Position numbers and translations under genes: made by a program
The notes under the pieces: model-generated
What the model saw: the letters and a program-made list of their open reading frames with translations, nothing else
Database searches by the model: none
What the model was told of the DNA's origin: nothing
Origin: Gammaproteobacteria bacterium
Lineage (GTDB): Bacteria > Pseudomonadota > Gammaproteobacteria > UBA4575
Reading direction: 5' to 3'
Length of the DNA stretch: 64,000 bases
Assembly: GCA_965221955.1 (NCBI GenBank)
Contig: CBDCTA010000018.1
Coordinates: forward strand, 227,116-291,115
Shown here: one piece after another, positions 31,113-40,747 of the stretch
Position numbering within the stretch: position 1 is the stretch's first letter
How the letters are laid out: each line of letters opens with the position of its first letter

Positions 31113-32003
31113 ATGAAATTTAAAAAATTACCTGTGAAATATCACAATAATGATAAAGGCGTCTACGCAATCGCACCCAATATATCAGATAAAGATCAAC
31201 TACTCAGCTGGATACAGAAGAAAGATTATGAAGGCTTTATATGCGATGAGAATAGACTAATAAGACATACTCGGAAAAGAAATAAACTATTCTCTTTCCA
31301 ACACCCTATTATCGACAAACGAGTCATATTAAAAGTTTCAACAATAGATAATCAATACAAACTCTCAAGAAGATTTAATCTTCATATTTCAACAATGTTA
31401 AATGACTACAATTTTCGCGCATTTACTGGAGCTTGTTTTTTACATGCAAATAATATCTCATGCCCTGCGCCCATAGCTTACTGGAATGAAAAAAAATTCT
31501 TCTTAGTAACTAAAAGCTATTACTTATATGAAAAAGTAGAAGCACAAGATTCTGCCCATAGTTTTACTCAAAAATTATTAACTTTGGAAAAATCTAGTTA
31601 TGAGGAAATATTACATATACTAGCCGAAAAAATTATTCAGATTATACAAAATATACATTCAGCAGGCTTCAGACAAGGAGACCCACACCCAGGAAATTTT
31701 CTTATATCAAATCTTGAAAAAGAAATTACACAATTGAGCCCCAAAGACGTAACTCAAGCTAAATTGTCTATTATTGACCTAGATAAGTTCAGCATTAGTC
31801 GATTAAAAATCGCATCTTTACAAAGATTTTTTGATATTCGATGCCTCAGGCGATGTACATTAGGCAATCTAAATCAACAAGATATGTTAAAAATTTATTT
31901 AAAAGAAAATTACACAAATACATGGGCAGCAGTACTTAGTTTTTGGATGTTTGGTGGATTCAACTTCACCAAATGGTTTAAGTCTGATAAGAAAAAGAAG
32001 TAA
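31113..32003 (+). CDS. LPS kinase, Kdo/WaaP family
   Basis: IHSAGFRQGDPHPGNFL, IIDLD. Confidence 0.8.
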   Translation: MKFKKLPVKYHNNDKGVYAIAPNISDKDQLLSWIQKKDYEGFICDENRLIRHTRKRNKLFSFQHPIIDKRVILKVSTIDNQYKLSRRFNLHISTMLNDYNFRAFTGACFLHANNISCPAPIAYWNEKKFFLVTKSYYLYEKVEAQDSAHSFTQKLLTLEKSSYEEILHILAEKIIQIIQNIHSAGFRQGDPHPGNFLISNLEKEITQLSPKDVTQAKLSIIDLDKFSISRLKIASLQRFFDIRCLRRCTLGNLNQQDMLKIYLKENYTNTWAAVLSFWMFGGFNFTKWFKSDKKKK

Positions 32004-33428
32004 TTAGCTTGTTTTGATTTTTGAAATAATCTCAGATGTAGATCGGGAAGGCACATAGTCGATCGTTTTCACTTCACCCCCATTTGCAGTGACAGCATCG
32101 CCACCAACGATATCTTTTACTTGGTAATCACCACCTTTTACTAACACGTCAGGCAAAACCGAATTAATTAGCTCCTCCGGAGTATCTTGATCAAACTCAA
32201 CCAACCAATCTACTGATTGCAGGCTTGATAAAACTTTCATCCTATCTATCAGTTTGTTTACTGGCCTTGCATCACCTTTATTTCGACTTACTGAAGCATC
32301 AGAATTTACTGCAACAACTAATACATCACCTAGCTCTTTTGCTTTTGACAGATATTCCACGTGTCCAGAATGCAAAATATCAAAACACCCATTTGTCATT
32401 ACAACCTTTTTTTCTTCGTTTCGGAGATTTGTTACTTTTTGGATCAATTCTTGCTGAGAAATTATTTTCCCTAAAACCTGGCTTGAACGATTTAGTTCAT
32501 GCTCAATTTCGTTTCGTGACACAGTAGCTGCCCCAAGCTTACCAACCACTACACTAGCTGCGGCATTGGCAATATTCACAGCCACATCCATCGACGAACC
32601 CGCTGCAAAAGACGCTGCTAGCACAGAAATAAATGTATCGCCAGCACCAGTAACATCAAATACTTCCTTAGCTCTGGCAGGAATATTTGTTGTCTTACCA
32701 GACTTTTCAACAAGCGTTACACCTTTTTCACTTCTAGTAATAATTAAAGCATCAAGATTAAGATCGTTTAAAAGCTGCAATCCCTTCTCCGCTAGCTCCT
32801 GTTCGTTTGCAACTGGACCAACTACTGCAGTAAATTCTGATTGATTTGGTGTGATGGCAGTAACATTCTTATATTTTGAGAAATCATTTCCTTTAGGATC
32901 GACAAATATACTTGCGCCCATCGCATTAGCTTTTTTTACAATCTCAGTTATATTTTTCAGCGAACCTTTCTTATAGTCTGAGAGTATAAGTACATCATGG
33001 CTTTGCACTTCATCGCAAATTATAGAGGTTAATTTATCAACACTATTTTTAGAAAACGCACTTTCAAAATCCAAGCGGATGAGTTGTTGATGTCGGCTTA
33101 ATACACGTAATTTTGCAACTGTTTTGGCAGATGAGTCTTTTACACAATGCAAAGAAACGTTTTCTTGTTGTAATAAATATTCTAACTGATTCGCTGCATC
33201 GTCTTCACCAAGTAAAGCCGCCAGTGCACAATGTCCACCTAGTGCCGTGATACTACGAGCAACATTACCAGCACCTCCAGGTCGTTCTTCAAACCCTTTT
33301 ATCAGTACTACAGGTACTGGTGCTTCTGGCGAAATTCTTTGAGTATTCCCATCCCAATAACGATCTAGCATTAGATCGCCCGCCACTAATATATTTATTT
33401 TTGAAAAATCAGGTAAAACTGTCGTCAT
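32004..33428 (-). CDS. hldE: Bifunctional ADP-heptose synthase
   Basis: RISPEAPVPV, DVTGAGD, NGCFDILHSGH, KGGDY. Confidence 0.97.
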   Translation of the reverse strand: MTTVLPDFSKINILVAGDLMLDRYWDGNTQRISPEAPVPVVLIKGFEERPGGAGNVARSITALGGHCALAALLGEDDAANQLEYLLQQENVSLHCVKDSSAKTVAKLRVLSRHQQLIRLDFESAFSKNSVDKLTSIICDEVQSHDVLILSDYKKGSLKNITEIVKKANAMGASIFVDPKGNDFSKYKNVTAITPNQSEFTAVVGPVANEQELAEKGLQLLNDLNLDALIITRSEKGVTLVEKSGKTTNIPARAKEVFDVTGAGDTFISVLAASFAAGSSMDVAVNIANAAASVVVGKLGAATVSRNEIEHELNRSSQVLGKIISQQELIQKVTNLRNEEKKVVMTNGCFDILHSGHVEYLSKAKELGDVLVVAVNSDASVSRNKGDARPVNKLIDRMKVLSSLQSVDWLVEFDQDTPEELINSVLPDVLVKGGDYQVKDIVGGDAVTANGGEVKTIDYVPSRSTSEIISKIKTS

Positions 33429-33442
33429 AGCAGAACTAGAGA

Positions 33443-34249
33443 TTAATATTGCGATACACCTTGCGTAATTCGTGTGACATTTGATTGTAAACGCTTTTTC
33501 AGCCTACTTTCATTTTCTTTTATATGCGAACGGTCATTTAGAGGATGCCATAAATGCAGAACAGATACAGCGTTCACTCCTTCTTTTCGATATATGCCAT
33601 TATTGATTAAGCGTATTGCTAAATCTGCATCCTCGTGCCCCCAGCCCACATATTGTTCATCAAAGCCGTTTACGGCCATAAAATCCTCACGCCACATACC
33701 TAGATTACAGGTTTTCACACCATACCAGTCTTTCTTTTTTTGCTTTCTAAGAATACCTAGCGGTAAACTAATCAAAGGGTAAATGCGTTTAATTTTTTTG
33801 GATGCCCAAAGAGTAGCTAAGTTAATAAATGTAGTATTTGCAAGATTCACCCGAGATTGTATGAACTCACCTGTGTGTTGCTCAGACAGCATTACCCGGC
33901 TACCTCTAACAAAGTAACCTTTTTCAGCCAGTTGGCCATGCTTAGAAATAAAATTAGGAAAAGCTACACAGTCACCATCTAGAAAAATAAGATAATCACC
34001 ACTTGATTGTGCAACCGCTTTGTTACGTATTTGTGCAGCGCGAAATCCTTTATCTTCTTGCCAAACATGCTTGATTTCAAATTTGGATTTCTTTTTGAAT
34101 TCAGAAATCACACCCCTAGTATCATCTGTGGAACCGTCATCAGCAATTACTACTTCAAACGATATTTTAGCTTGACTCTGCATAGAACGTAATACACACA
34201 ATAATGCATCAGCTCTATTATAGGTGCTTACTATTATTGAATACTTCAT
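33443..34249 (-). CDS. GT2 glycosyltransferase
   Basis: IADDGS, FLDGD, NGFDEQYVGWGHED. Confidence 0.92.
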   Translation of the reverse strand: MKYSIIVSTYNRADALLCVLRSMQSQAKISFEVVIADDGSTDDTRGVISEFKKKSKFEIKHVWQEDKGFRAAQIRNKAVAQSSGDYLIFLDGDCVAFPNFISKHGQLAEKGYFVRGSRVMLSEQHTGEFIQSRVNLANTTFINLATLWASKKIKRIYPLISLPLGILRKQKKKDWYGVKTCNLGMWREDFMAVNGFDEQYVGWGHEDADLAIRLINNGIYRKEGVNAVSVLHLWHPLNDRSHIKENESRLKKRLQSNVTRITQGVSQY

Positions 34250-34285
34250 AACAATCTAGCTTAAGCTAATTAAGCTTAACGAGAT

Positions 34286-35557
34286 TTAACTATTTGATCT
34301 ATTCTTTTGGGCTAAATTAAACGCATTACTTAGGAAAACCAAATGAAGTATTAGAAAAATAGATACGGCGTTATTCACATTTATCCAAGTATGAAATAGC
34401 CCAAACAATAGAAAGCATATTGATACAGTCACACCTGATATGAATAAATAGTCTGTCTCAACTCCACTGTTATATTTTCGATATATCGCCCAGTAGCAGT
34501 ACAAAGGCGCAAAGCAGACCGCCAAAATTAATCCAAAAAATCCCAACAGTCCTGTTTCAGCTAGAATACTTACATATATATTGTGCGGCGAAGTGAGCAA
34601 CCAACCGTCTTTTATGTACGTTTTTCCACTATCCATTAGTACTTGAGCATCTTGTGCATAATCACCTAAGCCAGTGCCGATAATAGGAGATTGAGAAAAA
34701 ATCAACAAACCAGTATGAATCATATGTGGTCTTAAGCCCCATGAACTATAGTAATTCTCTCTCGGGTTTTCAGCCAGTTTTTGCAATTCACTTACCCCTT
34801 CAAAAAATAACTGAGCTACGGGCGATGCTGGATGTATAAATACTATCGCAGTTACCACAACAACAAACAAAAAAATTAATATAGTTTTTTTGTTAAAATT
34901 ATTCCTAAAGTAAAAAACCAATAGACCAATAAATGGCACTATAGAAAGCATCGCTGCTCTCGTCTGATTAAGCTTTATTCCATAAACAATTATTACTGCT
35001 GCTATCAATCCTAAAACTAGAACTCTTTTTTTACGATACTCAAAGATCATTACCAAAGCTAAGAGTAAAAATATTGTAACTGCGGTTAACCCATACCGAG
35101 ACCAATGGCGCGCACCTCCCGGCCTTGCCACATCCAACCAATGATGCTGATAAATTGCAACCGCTCCTGTAACAATGCAGCCTAAAACGAGACCCCATGC
35201 AATCCAAGGCCCTAGCTCTAAACTATATTTACGTACAAACATATACATAGGAACGAACGCAGCAAATCTTAGAAATCTTTCGTAAGAACCGATGCCTTCA
35301 TGTAAGTCGCTACTATTTAAAAGTGAAAGCCCAACCAGAAAAACAAACAACAAAAAACTAGACAATAAAAACTTTTCTTCTTTGTATAATGTACTCCAAC
35401 CCATCCAAGCAAAAATCAAACTTGGAATTAGAAGAAGCAAAAAAACTGTGGTTGCCCCGGACTTTACCGTTACAGCAACAGCAGGAAGAATAAATACGAA
35501 CAATCCAATCGGAACAAACTTCCAATCAGGCACAGCAAAGTCTGCTTTTTCAAACAT
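34286..35557 (-). CDS. O-antigen ligase family protein
   Basis: Polytopic; NQTRAA, PIIGTGLG, PHNIYVSILAETG. Confidence 0.85.
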   Translation of the reverse strand: MFEKADFAVPDWKFVPIGLFVFILPAVAVTVKSGATTVFLLLLIPSLIFAWMGWSTLYKEEKFLLSSFLLFVFLVGLSLLNSSDLHEGIGSYERFLRFAAFVPMYMFVRKYSLELGPWIAWGLVLGCIVTGAVAIYQHHWLDVARPGGARHWSRYGLTAVTIFLLLALVMIFEYRKKRVLVLGLIAAVIIVYGIKLNQTRAAMLSIVPFIGLLVFYFRNNFNKKTILIFLFVVVVTAIVFIHPASPVAQLFFEGVSELQKLAENPRENYYSSWGLRPHMIHTGLLIFSQSPIIGTGLGDYAQDAQVLMDSGKTYIKDGWLLTSPHNIYVSILAETGLLGFFGLILAVCFAPLYCYWAIYRKYNSGVETDYLFISGVTVSICFLLFGLFHTWINVNNAVSIFLILHLVFLSNAFNLAQKNRSNS

Positions 35558-35588
35558 ACTATGAAACTCAGCTAACTAACACAGAAAA

Positions 35589-36521
35589 TCAAGCAACAAG
35601 TGTCGCGTAGGATAGCCATGCATCATTATAGTTATGGCGACCATAAACTGAATCAAAGTACATGGCTTGCAGTTTGGTCGTAATTGCGCCGCGAACACCT
35701 GCTCCAATCATACGATTATCAAGTTCGCGAATCGGGGTGACTTCTGCAGCCGTGCCAGTAAAGAAGGCTTCATCTGCAGTGTACATTTCATCACGTGTAA
35801 TACGTTTTTCTATTACTGGAATATTGATGACTTCAGCAAGAGAAATGATAGTTTTGCGTGTAATGCCATCTAATGCAGAAGTTAACTCTGGTGTATATAG
35901 CTTTCCTTGTTTAACAATGAAAACATTTTCACCACTACCTTCTGCTACGAAACCATCCACATCTAACAGCAAGGCTTCATCATAACCATCGTGTAACGCT
36001 TCATTTAATGCCAGCATAGAGTTGACATAGTTACCATTAAGCTTTGCTTTACACATCGCAACATTAACGTGATGACGCGAATAAGAAGAAGTCTTCACAC
36101 GAATTCCATTCTTCATATTATCTTCACCTAAATATGAGCCCCACTCCCACGCAGCCACAATGCAGTGAACTTGTAGGTTATCGGCACGTAAGCCCATTCC
36201 TTCTGAGCCATAGAAGCACATAGGTCGCATGTACCCATAACTCAATTCATTTTTATTAATAACATCAACTTGAGCTTGATTAATTTCTTCAGGAGCAAAA
36301 GGAATATGCATACCAATAATTTTTGCCGAATTGAAAAGCCTTTCAGTATGGTCATGAAGTCGAAAAATTGCGGTGCCTTGATCAGTCTTATATGCACGCA
36401 CTCCCTCAAACACACCAGCACCATAGTGCAAAGTATGAGTGAGCACGTGTGTATTGGCCTCACGCCACGGTACGAATTCACCATCGTACCAAATCCATCC
36501 ATCTCTATCAGACATTGACAT
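35589..36521 (-). CDS. ilvE: Branched-chain amino acid aminotransferase
   Basis: LHYG.GVFEG.RAY, EGSGEN, GTAAEVTPI. Confidence 0.97.
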   Translation of the reverse strand: MSMSDRDGWIWYDGEFVPWREANTHVLTHTLHYGAGVFEGVRAYKTDQGTAIFRLHDHTERLFNSAKIIGMHIPFAPEEINQAQVDVINKNELSYGYMRPMCFYGSEGMGLRADNLQVHCIVAAWEWGSYLGEDNMKNGIRVKTSSYSRHHVNVAMCKAKLNGNYVNSMLALNEALHDGYDEALLLDVDGFVAEGSGENVFIVKQGKLYTPELTSALDGITRKTIISLAEVINIPVIEKRITRDEMYTADEAFFTGTAAEVTPIRELDNRMIGAGVRGAITTKLQAMYFDSVYGRHNYNDAWLSYATLVA

Positions 36522-36582
36522 CTGAACCTAACTCCCTAATAAAAATAAAACTAACCGCAACTCAATGGCTTTGTATTGTAAA

Positions 36583-39456
36583 TTATGTGATACCCGAGTG
36601 TAACAGACTTACCCAATATTTTTGTACGATCCCTCTCTCCTTTTCGAATAAGTTTAGATCAGTAGTCTCTGACATGAGCTGCAAGCTCAACTGATGCAAA
36701 TACTTACGATATTTCAGGTAAATCTCTTTTAATGTAGTTGCATCTACTTCGTCTATCAAACCCACCTCTGCACATCTATCAAGAATTCTTACATTATCTG
36801 TATATTCACAAAGTTGAGGGTATTTCTCAGAATAGCTAAGTACTAAAAACTGCACAATAAACTCAATATCAATTACACCACCAACATCTTTTTTGATACT
36901 TAAAGCAGAATTTGTATTACTTTTATTTGTGTCCAACATTTTATTACGCATTTCTACTACTGAAGATCGCACATCCTCTATATTTCTTGATTGGCACAAT
37001 ACTTTTTTTCTGATTCGTGTAAATTCATTCGCAAGTTTCAAACTATTTGTCACAGCACGCGAACGCACTAAAGCTTGGTGTTCCCACATCCATGCATCGT
37101 TGGTTAAATAATTTTCATATGCATGCAACGAAGTAATGATAGGCCCTGATTCACCGTGCGGGCGAAGCCGCAAATCTGTATCGAACACTTTTCCATTTGA
37201 AGTGACAGTTGTAAGAATATGAATAGTTCGTTGCACCAATCGCGCAAAAAATATATCGTTATGTATTCTTTTATCGCCATTTGCTTCACTTCCAAAAGTC
37301 TCACAATAATCACCCATACTATTATGCAAAAAAACAATATCTAAATCTGAACCATAACCCAGTTCTAAACCACCTAGCTTTCCATACTCAACAATCAATA
37401 CTTCAGGAGTATAAGCTTGCCCATTCAACTTGCATTGCGGCTCTCCATATTTTTTTACTAGCTCATCATATGCATACTGTACAGCACTATTAATACAAAC
37501 CTCAGCCAACCAAGATAAATGGTCACTCACTTTCATAATTGAATAATTTTCAACAACATCTGCAGCCGCTATTTGAATTACCTGAGAATGCTTAAACTCA
37601 CGTAACGCCTCCATATATTTATCTAAACCTGTTTCGAGAGCACTCATGCTGATCTTTAGTTGCTCTTGCATCTCGACTAAAGTTGGTGGCTCATAAGAAT
37701 GGTTCATACTAATGACTTCGTCTAATAGGACAGGGTGAGTAGAAAGATATTGCGCTATCCAAGGACTCGCCTGAATGAGAATAAAGATTGCTGACAACTT
37801 GTTTTTATTTTCAATCAATAAAGAAATATAAGTAGAACGCTGCACAATTTGTTTGAGCATATTAAGAAAACGGCCAAAAACAGCAATGGGTTCTTCAATA
37901 ACACAAAGCTCTTGCAAAAAAATTGGCATAAATAGATCTAATCGGCTTCTTGCCATAGGAATTAACTTCTGAACACGACTGCTTTGCTGAAAAGTTTTTA
38001 AGTGCTGATAAATATGCTCAGCATTTTTTGAAAAATTCCTAGCTAAAACATCAAGGCAGTAATCTTCTTCATCAATCTGATTCCATACATTTTCAAATTC
38101 ATCTATCTCCTCTAAACCATCTTGCTCATCTTCAATATTTAGAATCGACTGAAACAATTCATTAACTAATTTTGCATGATGTTTATATTCAGTATAAAAA
38201 TCTCTCCAATCTTTCATCGCCATCAAATAGGCATAATGATTTCGCTCTTCATCTTGCACTGGAAGTGCATGAACTTGTTGATCTTCACGTAACTGCAAAG
38301 CATTTTCTGCTTTACGAAGGAATAAATAAGCTTTAGTTAGATTGCTAACCCAACTGGATGAAAGTAATTTCTGATTTTTTAATTCTTGCAATCCACTCAG
38401 AGTAGACTGGATACGCAAAGATGAATTCTTTCCACCATAGGTAAGTTGAAACATTTGTGTAATAAACTCTATTTCCCGTATGCCGCCTACACCAATTTTT
38501 AAATCTTCTTTTTCAGCATTTAAACGAGCTTTCTTATCTATCAACAGCTTCATTTCACGTAAAGATTGCATAGCTCCATAATCAAGATAGCGTCGATAGA
38601 TAAACGGAGTCACTTCTTGCAAAAACCGTTCTCCAATTTGTTTATCACCTGCAATCACACGTGCTTTCATCCATGCATAACGCTCCCAATCTCGCCCATG
38701 CATTTGGAAATATTGATCGATAGCCGAAAAACTTGGTAACAGTGAACCCGATTCACCAAATGGTCTCAGTCTAGTATCCACACGAAACACAAACCCATCC
38801 TGGGTTTGCTCTGAAAGCACTTTTATAAATAGCTGAATAACTTTTAGGTAAAACTCTGTTGCCTTAGAAAATTGTTCTTGCGTGTATTCACTTTCATCTG
38901 CATAAGCAAAAACAACATCTACATCAGATGAAAAATTTAACTCTCTACCGCCAAGCTTTCCTAATGCAAAAATAACGATATTTTGTGGCAGACTTTGTAC
39001 AAAGTCATTTGTATTAGGACGTGATTTTGTCCATTCAAAACACCACTGTAGTACTCCTTGTAAACAAATTTCCGCAAACAAACTTAATTCATTTAATGTT
39101 TGCTCTACATTTGTATAAGACTGCAAATCCCTCCAAGCAATTCTTGCAAAACTCGTTGCTCTTAATTTTCGTAGTTGCTGCTGCAAAACTTCAACACTGT
39201 CAGCAGCTTCAAAAACAGGTTTTAATAATTGACGATATTCTTTAAAACTATAATCTTGTTGTAACTCATCTTCTGCAAATAGTGTCTCCAACCATTCAGT
39301 TTGAGAAATACAGACACGTTTAATAAATGGGCTGGCATAACAAGCGCTGATAATTTCTTCTTTATGCTGAATGAGTTCGGTACCGACACCATGAAATAGC
39401 TGGGACAGGTCTTGTTCAAGTTTTGACAAATCCGGTTCGGGAGGAGATTGGCGCAT
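36583..39456 (-). CDS. glnE: Glutamine synthetase adenylyltransferase
   Basis: Two NTase domains: GKLGGRELNFSSDVD and GKLGGLELGYGSDLD. Confidence 0.96.
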   Translation of the reverse strand: MRQSPPEPDLSKLEQDLSQLFHGVGTELIQHKEEIISACYASPFIKRVCISQTEWLETLFAEDELQQDYSFKEYRQLLKPVFEAADSVEVLQQQLRKLRATSFARIAWRDLQSYTNVEQTLNELSLFAEICLQGVLQWCFEWTKSRPNTNDFVQSLPQNIVIFALGKLGGRELNFSSDVDVVFAYADESEYTQEQFSKATEFYLKVIQLFIKVLSEQTQDGFVFRVDTRLRPFGESGSLLPSFSAIDQYFQMHGRDWERYAWMKARVIAGDKQIGERFLQEVTPFIYRRYLDYGAMQSLREMKLLIDKKARLNAEKEDLKIGVGGIREIEFITQMFQLTYGGKNSSLRIQSTLSGLQELKNQKLLSSSWVSNLTKAYLFLRKAENALQLREDQQVHALPVQDEERNHYAYLMAMKDWRDFYTEYKHHAKLVNELFQSILNIEDEQDGLEEIDEFENVWNQIDEEDYCLDVLARNFSKNAEHIYQHLKTFQQSSRVQKLIPMARSRLDLFMPIFLQELCVIEEPIAVFGRFLNMLKQIVQRSTYISLLIENKNKLSAIFILIQASPWIAQYLSTHPVLLDEVISMNHSYEPPTLVEMQEQLKISMSALETGLDKYMEALREFKHSQVIQIAAADVVENYSIMKVSDHLSWLAEVCINSAVQYAYDELVKKYGEPQCKLNGQAYTPEVLIVEYGKLGGLELGYGSDLDIVFLHNSMGDYCETFGSEANGDKRIHNDIFFARLVQRTIHILTTVTSNGKVFDTDLRLRPHGESGPIITSLHAYENYLTNDAWMWEHQALVRSRAVTNSLKLANEFTRIRKKVLCQSRNIEDVRSSVVEMRNKMLDTNKSNTNSALSIKKDVGGVIDIEFIVQFLVLSYSEKYPQLCEYTDNVRILDRCAEVGLIDEVDATTLKEIYLKYRKYLHQLSLQLMSETTDLNLFEKERGIVQKYWVSLLHSGIT

Positions 39457-39550
39457 GTGTGAGTATAGAACTTCTTATTAGAGCCACTATTCTAAACTAC
39501 CTTGTTTCATCAATTTTCTGGATCGCCTAAGCCATGGTAATATTCTAAAT

Positions 39551-39572
39551 GCTAATGAGAATAGGTATCATT
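39551..39572 (+). promoter_or_regulatory. Fur box
   Basis: GCTAATGAGAATAGGTATC, 14/19 to GATAATGATAATCATTATC, ~100 bp upstream of an iron ABC operon. Confidence 0.75.
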
Positions 39573-39670
39573 TATATTAATATTTAACCATATTCTAAAC
39601 ATGGTTTAAGCACAACTTTTCCAGAGCAAAATTAGGTTGAGAAAATTAAATAAATTTAAGGATAAATAAA

Positions 39671-40711
39671 ATGAAAGCTTTTCTAAAAAAATTAGAGCCG
39701 GAAAAAATATATAAAACTCTAGCATTGAGCTTATTACTAACTGCTTCAGTTGCACAAGCAGCAGAAGTAAATATTTACTCCGCTAGAAAGGAAGACCTGA
39801 TTAAGCCCATTTTAGAAGTTTTCGAAAATGAAACAGATGTCAAAGTAAACCTCATCACAGGTAAAGCAGATGCCTTATTACAACGTTTAATCAGTGAAGG
39901 AAAAAATAGTCCAGCAGATATTTTAATCACTACCGATGCCGGTCGTTTACATCGCGCTAAAGAGGCAGGAGTTCTACAAACTATAGAGTCTAAAATTTTA
40001 GCCGACGTAATCCCAGCACAATACCGAGATCCTAAAGGTTACTGGTTTGGACTAACTTTGCGTGCACGTCCGATAGTCTATGCAGTAGACCGAATACAAC
40101 CGCAACAACTTTCTACCTATGAAGCACTCGCAAACTCTGAGTGGAAACAAAAAATTTGTATTCGTTCTTCAGACAATATCTATAACCAGTCTTTAGTAGC
40201 TTCTTTACTTGCACAAAAAGATCACGAGCAAACGCTTGCCTGGGCCAATGCTTTGGTAAAAAACTTTGCTAGACCACCGCAAGGTGGAGATCGCGATCAA
40301 ATCAAAGCGGTTGCTGCAGGTCAATGTGATATTGCAGTGGTAAATACCTATTATCTTGGCAAAATGTTAACTTCAAAAGATGAGAATGAAACCACTGCAG
40401 CCAAACAAGTAAAAATATTCTGGCCCAACCAAGAAGACCGTGGAACACATGTAAATATTAGTGGCGCAGCCATTACTGCCTCAGCCAAAAATAAAGCGGC
40501 TGCAATACAACTATTAGAATTTTTAGTAAGTGATGCAGCACAACAGTGGTATGCCGAAAAAAATCTTGAGTACCCCATTAAACCTGGGATTCAGCCCAGT
40601 GAAATTTTACAATCTTGGGGTGAGTTCAATGCAGATTCATTGAGCTTGCATCAATTGGGAGAACTCAATGCGAAAGCAGTAATGCTTATGGACCAAGCTG
40701 GTTGGAAATAG
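39671..40711 (+). CDS. fbpA: Fe3+ ABC transporter substrate-binding protein (FbpA/FutA)
   Basis: YSARKE, RSSDNIYNQSL, NTYY, HVNISG. Confidence 0.92.
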   Translation: MKAFLKKLEPEKIYKTLALSLLLTASVAQAAEVNIYSARKEDLIKPILEVFENETDVKVNLITGKADALLQRLISEGKNSPADILITTDAGRLHRAKEAGVLQTIESKILADVIPAQYRDPKGYWFGLTLRARPIVYAVDRIQPQQLSTYEALANSEWKQKICIRSSDNIYNQSLVASLLAQKDHEQTLAWANALVKNFARPPQGGDRDQIKAVAAGQCDIAVVNTYYLGKMLTSKDENETTAAKQVKIFWPNQEDRGTHVNISGAAITASAKNKAAAIQLLEFLVSDAAQQWYAEKNLEYPIKPGIQPSEILQSWGEFNADSLSLHQLGELNAKAVMLMDQAGWK

Positions 40712-40747
40712 TTAAGCAAGTACACTAACTCGGCTATATCATTTCGC

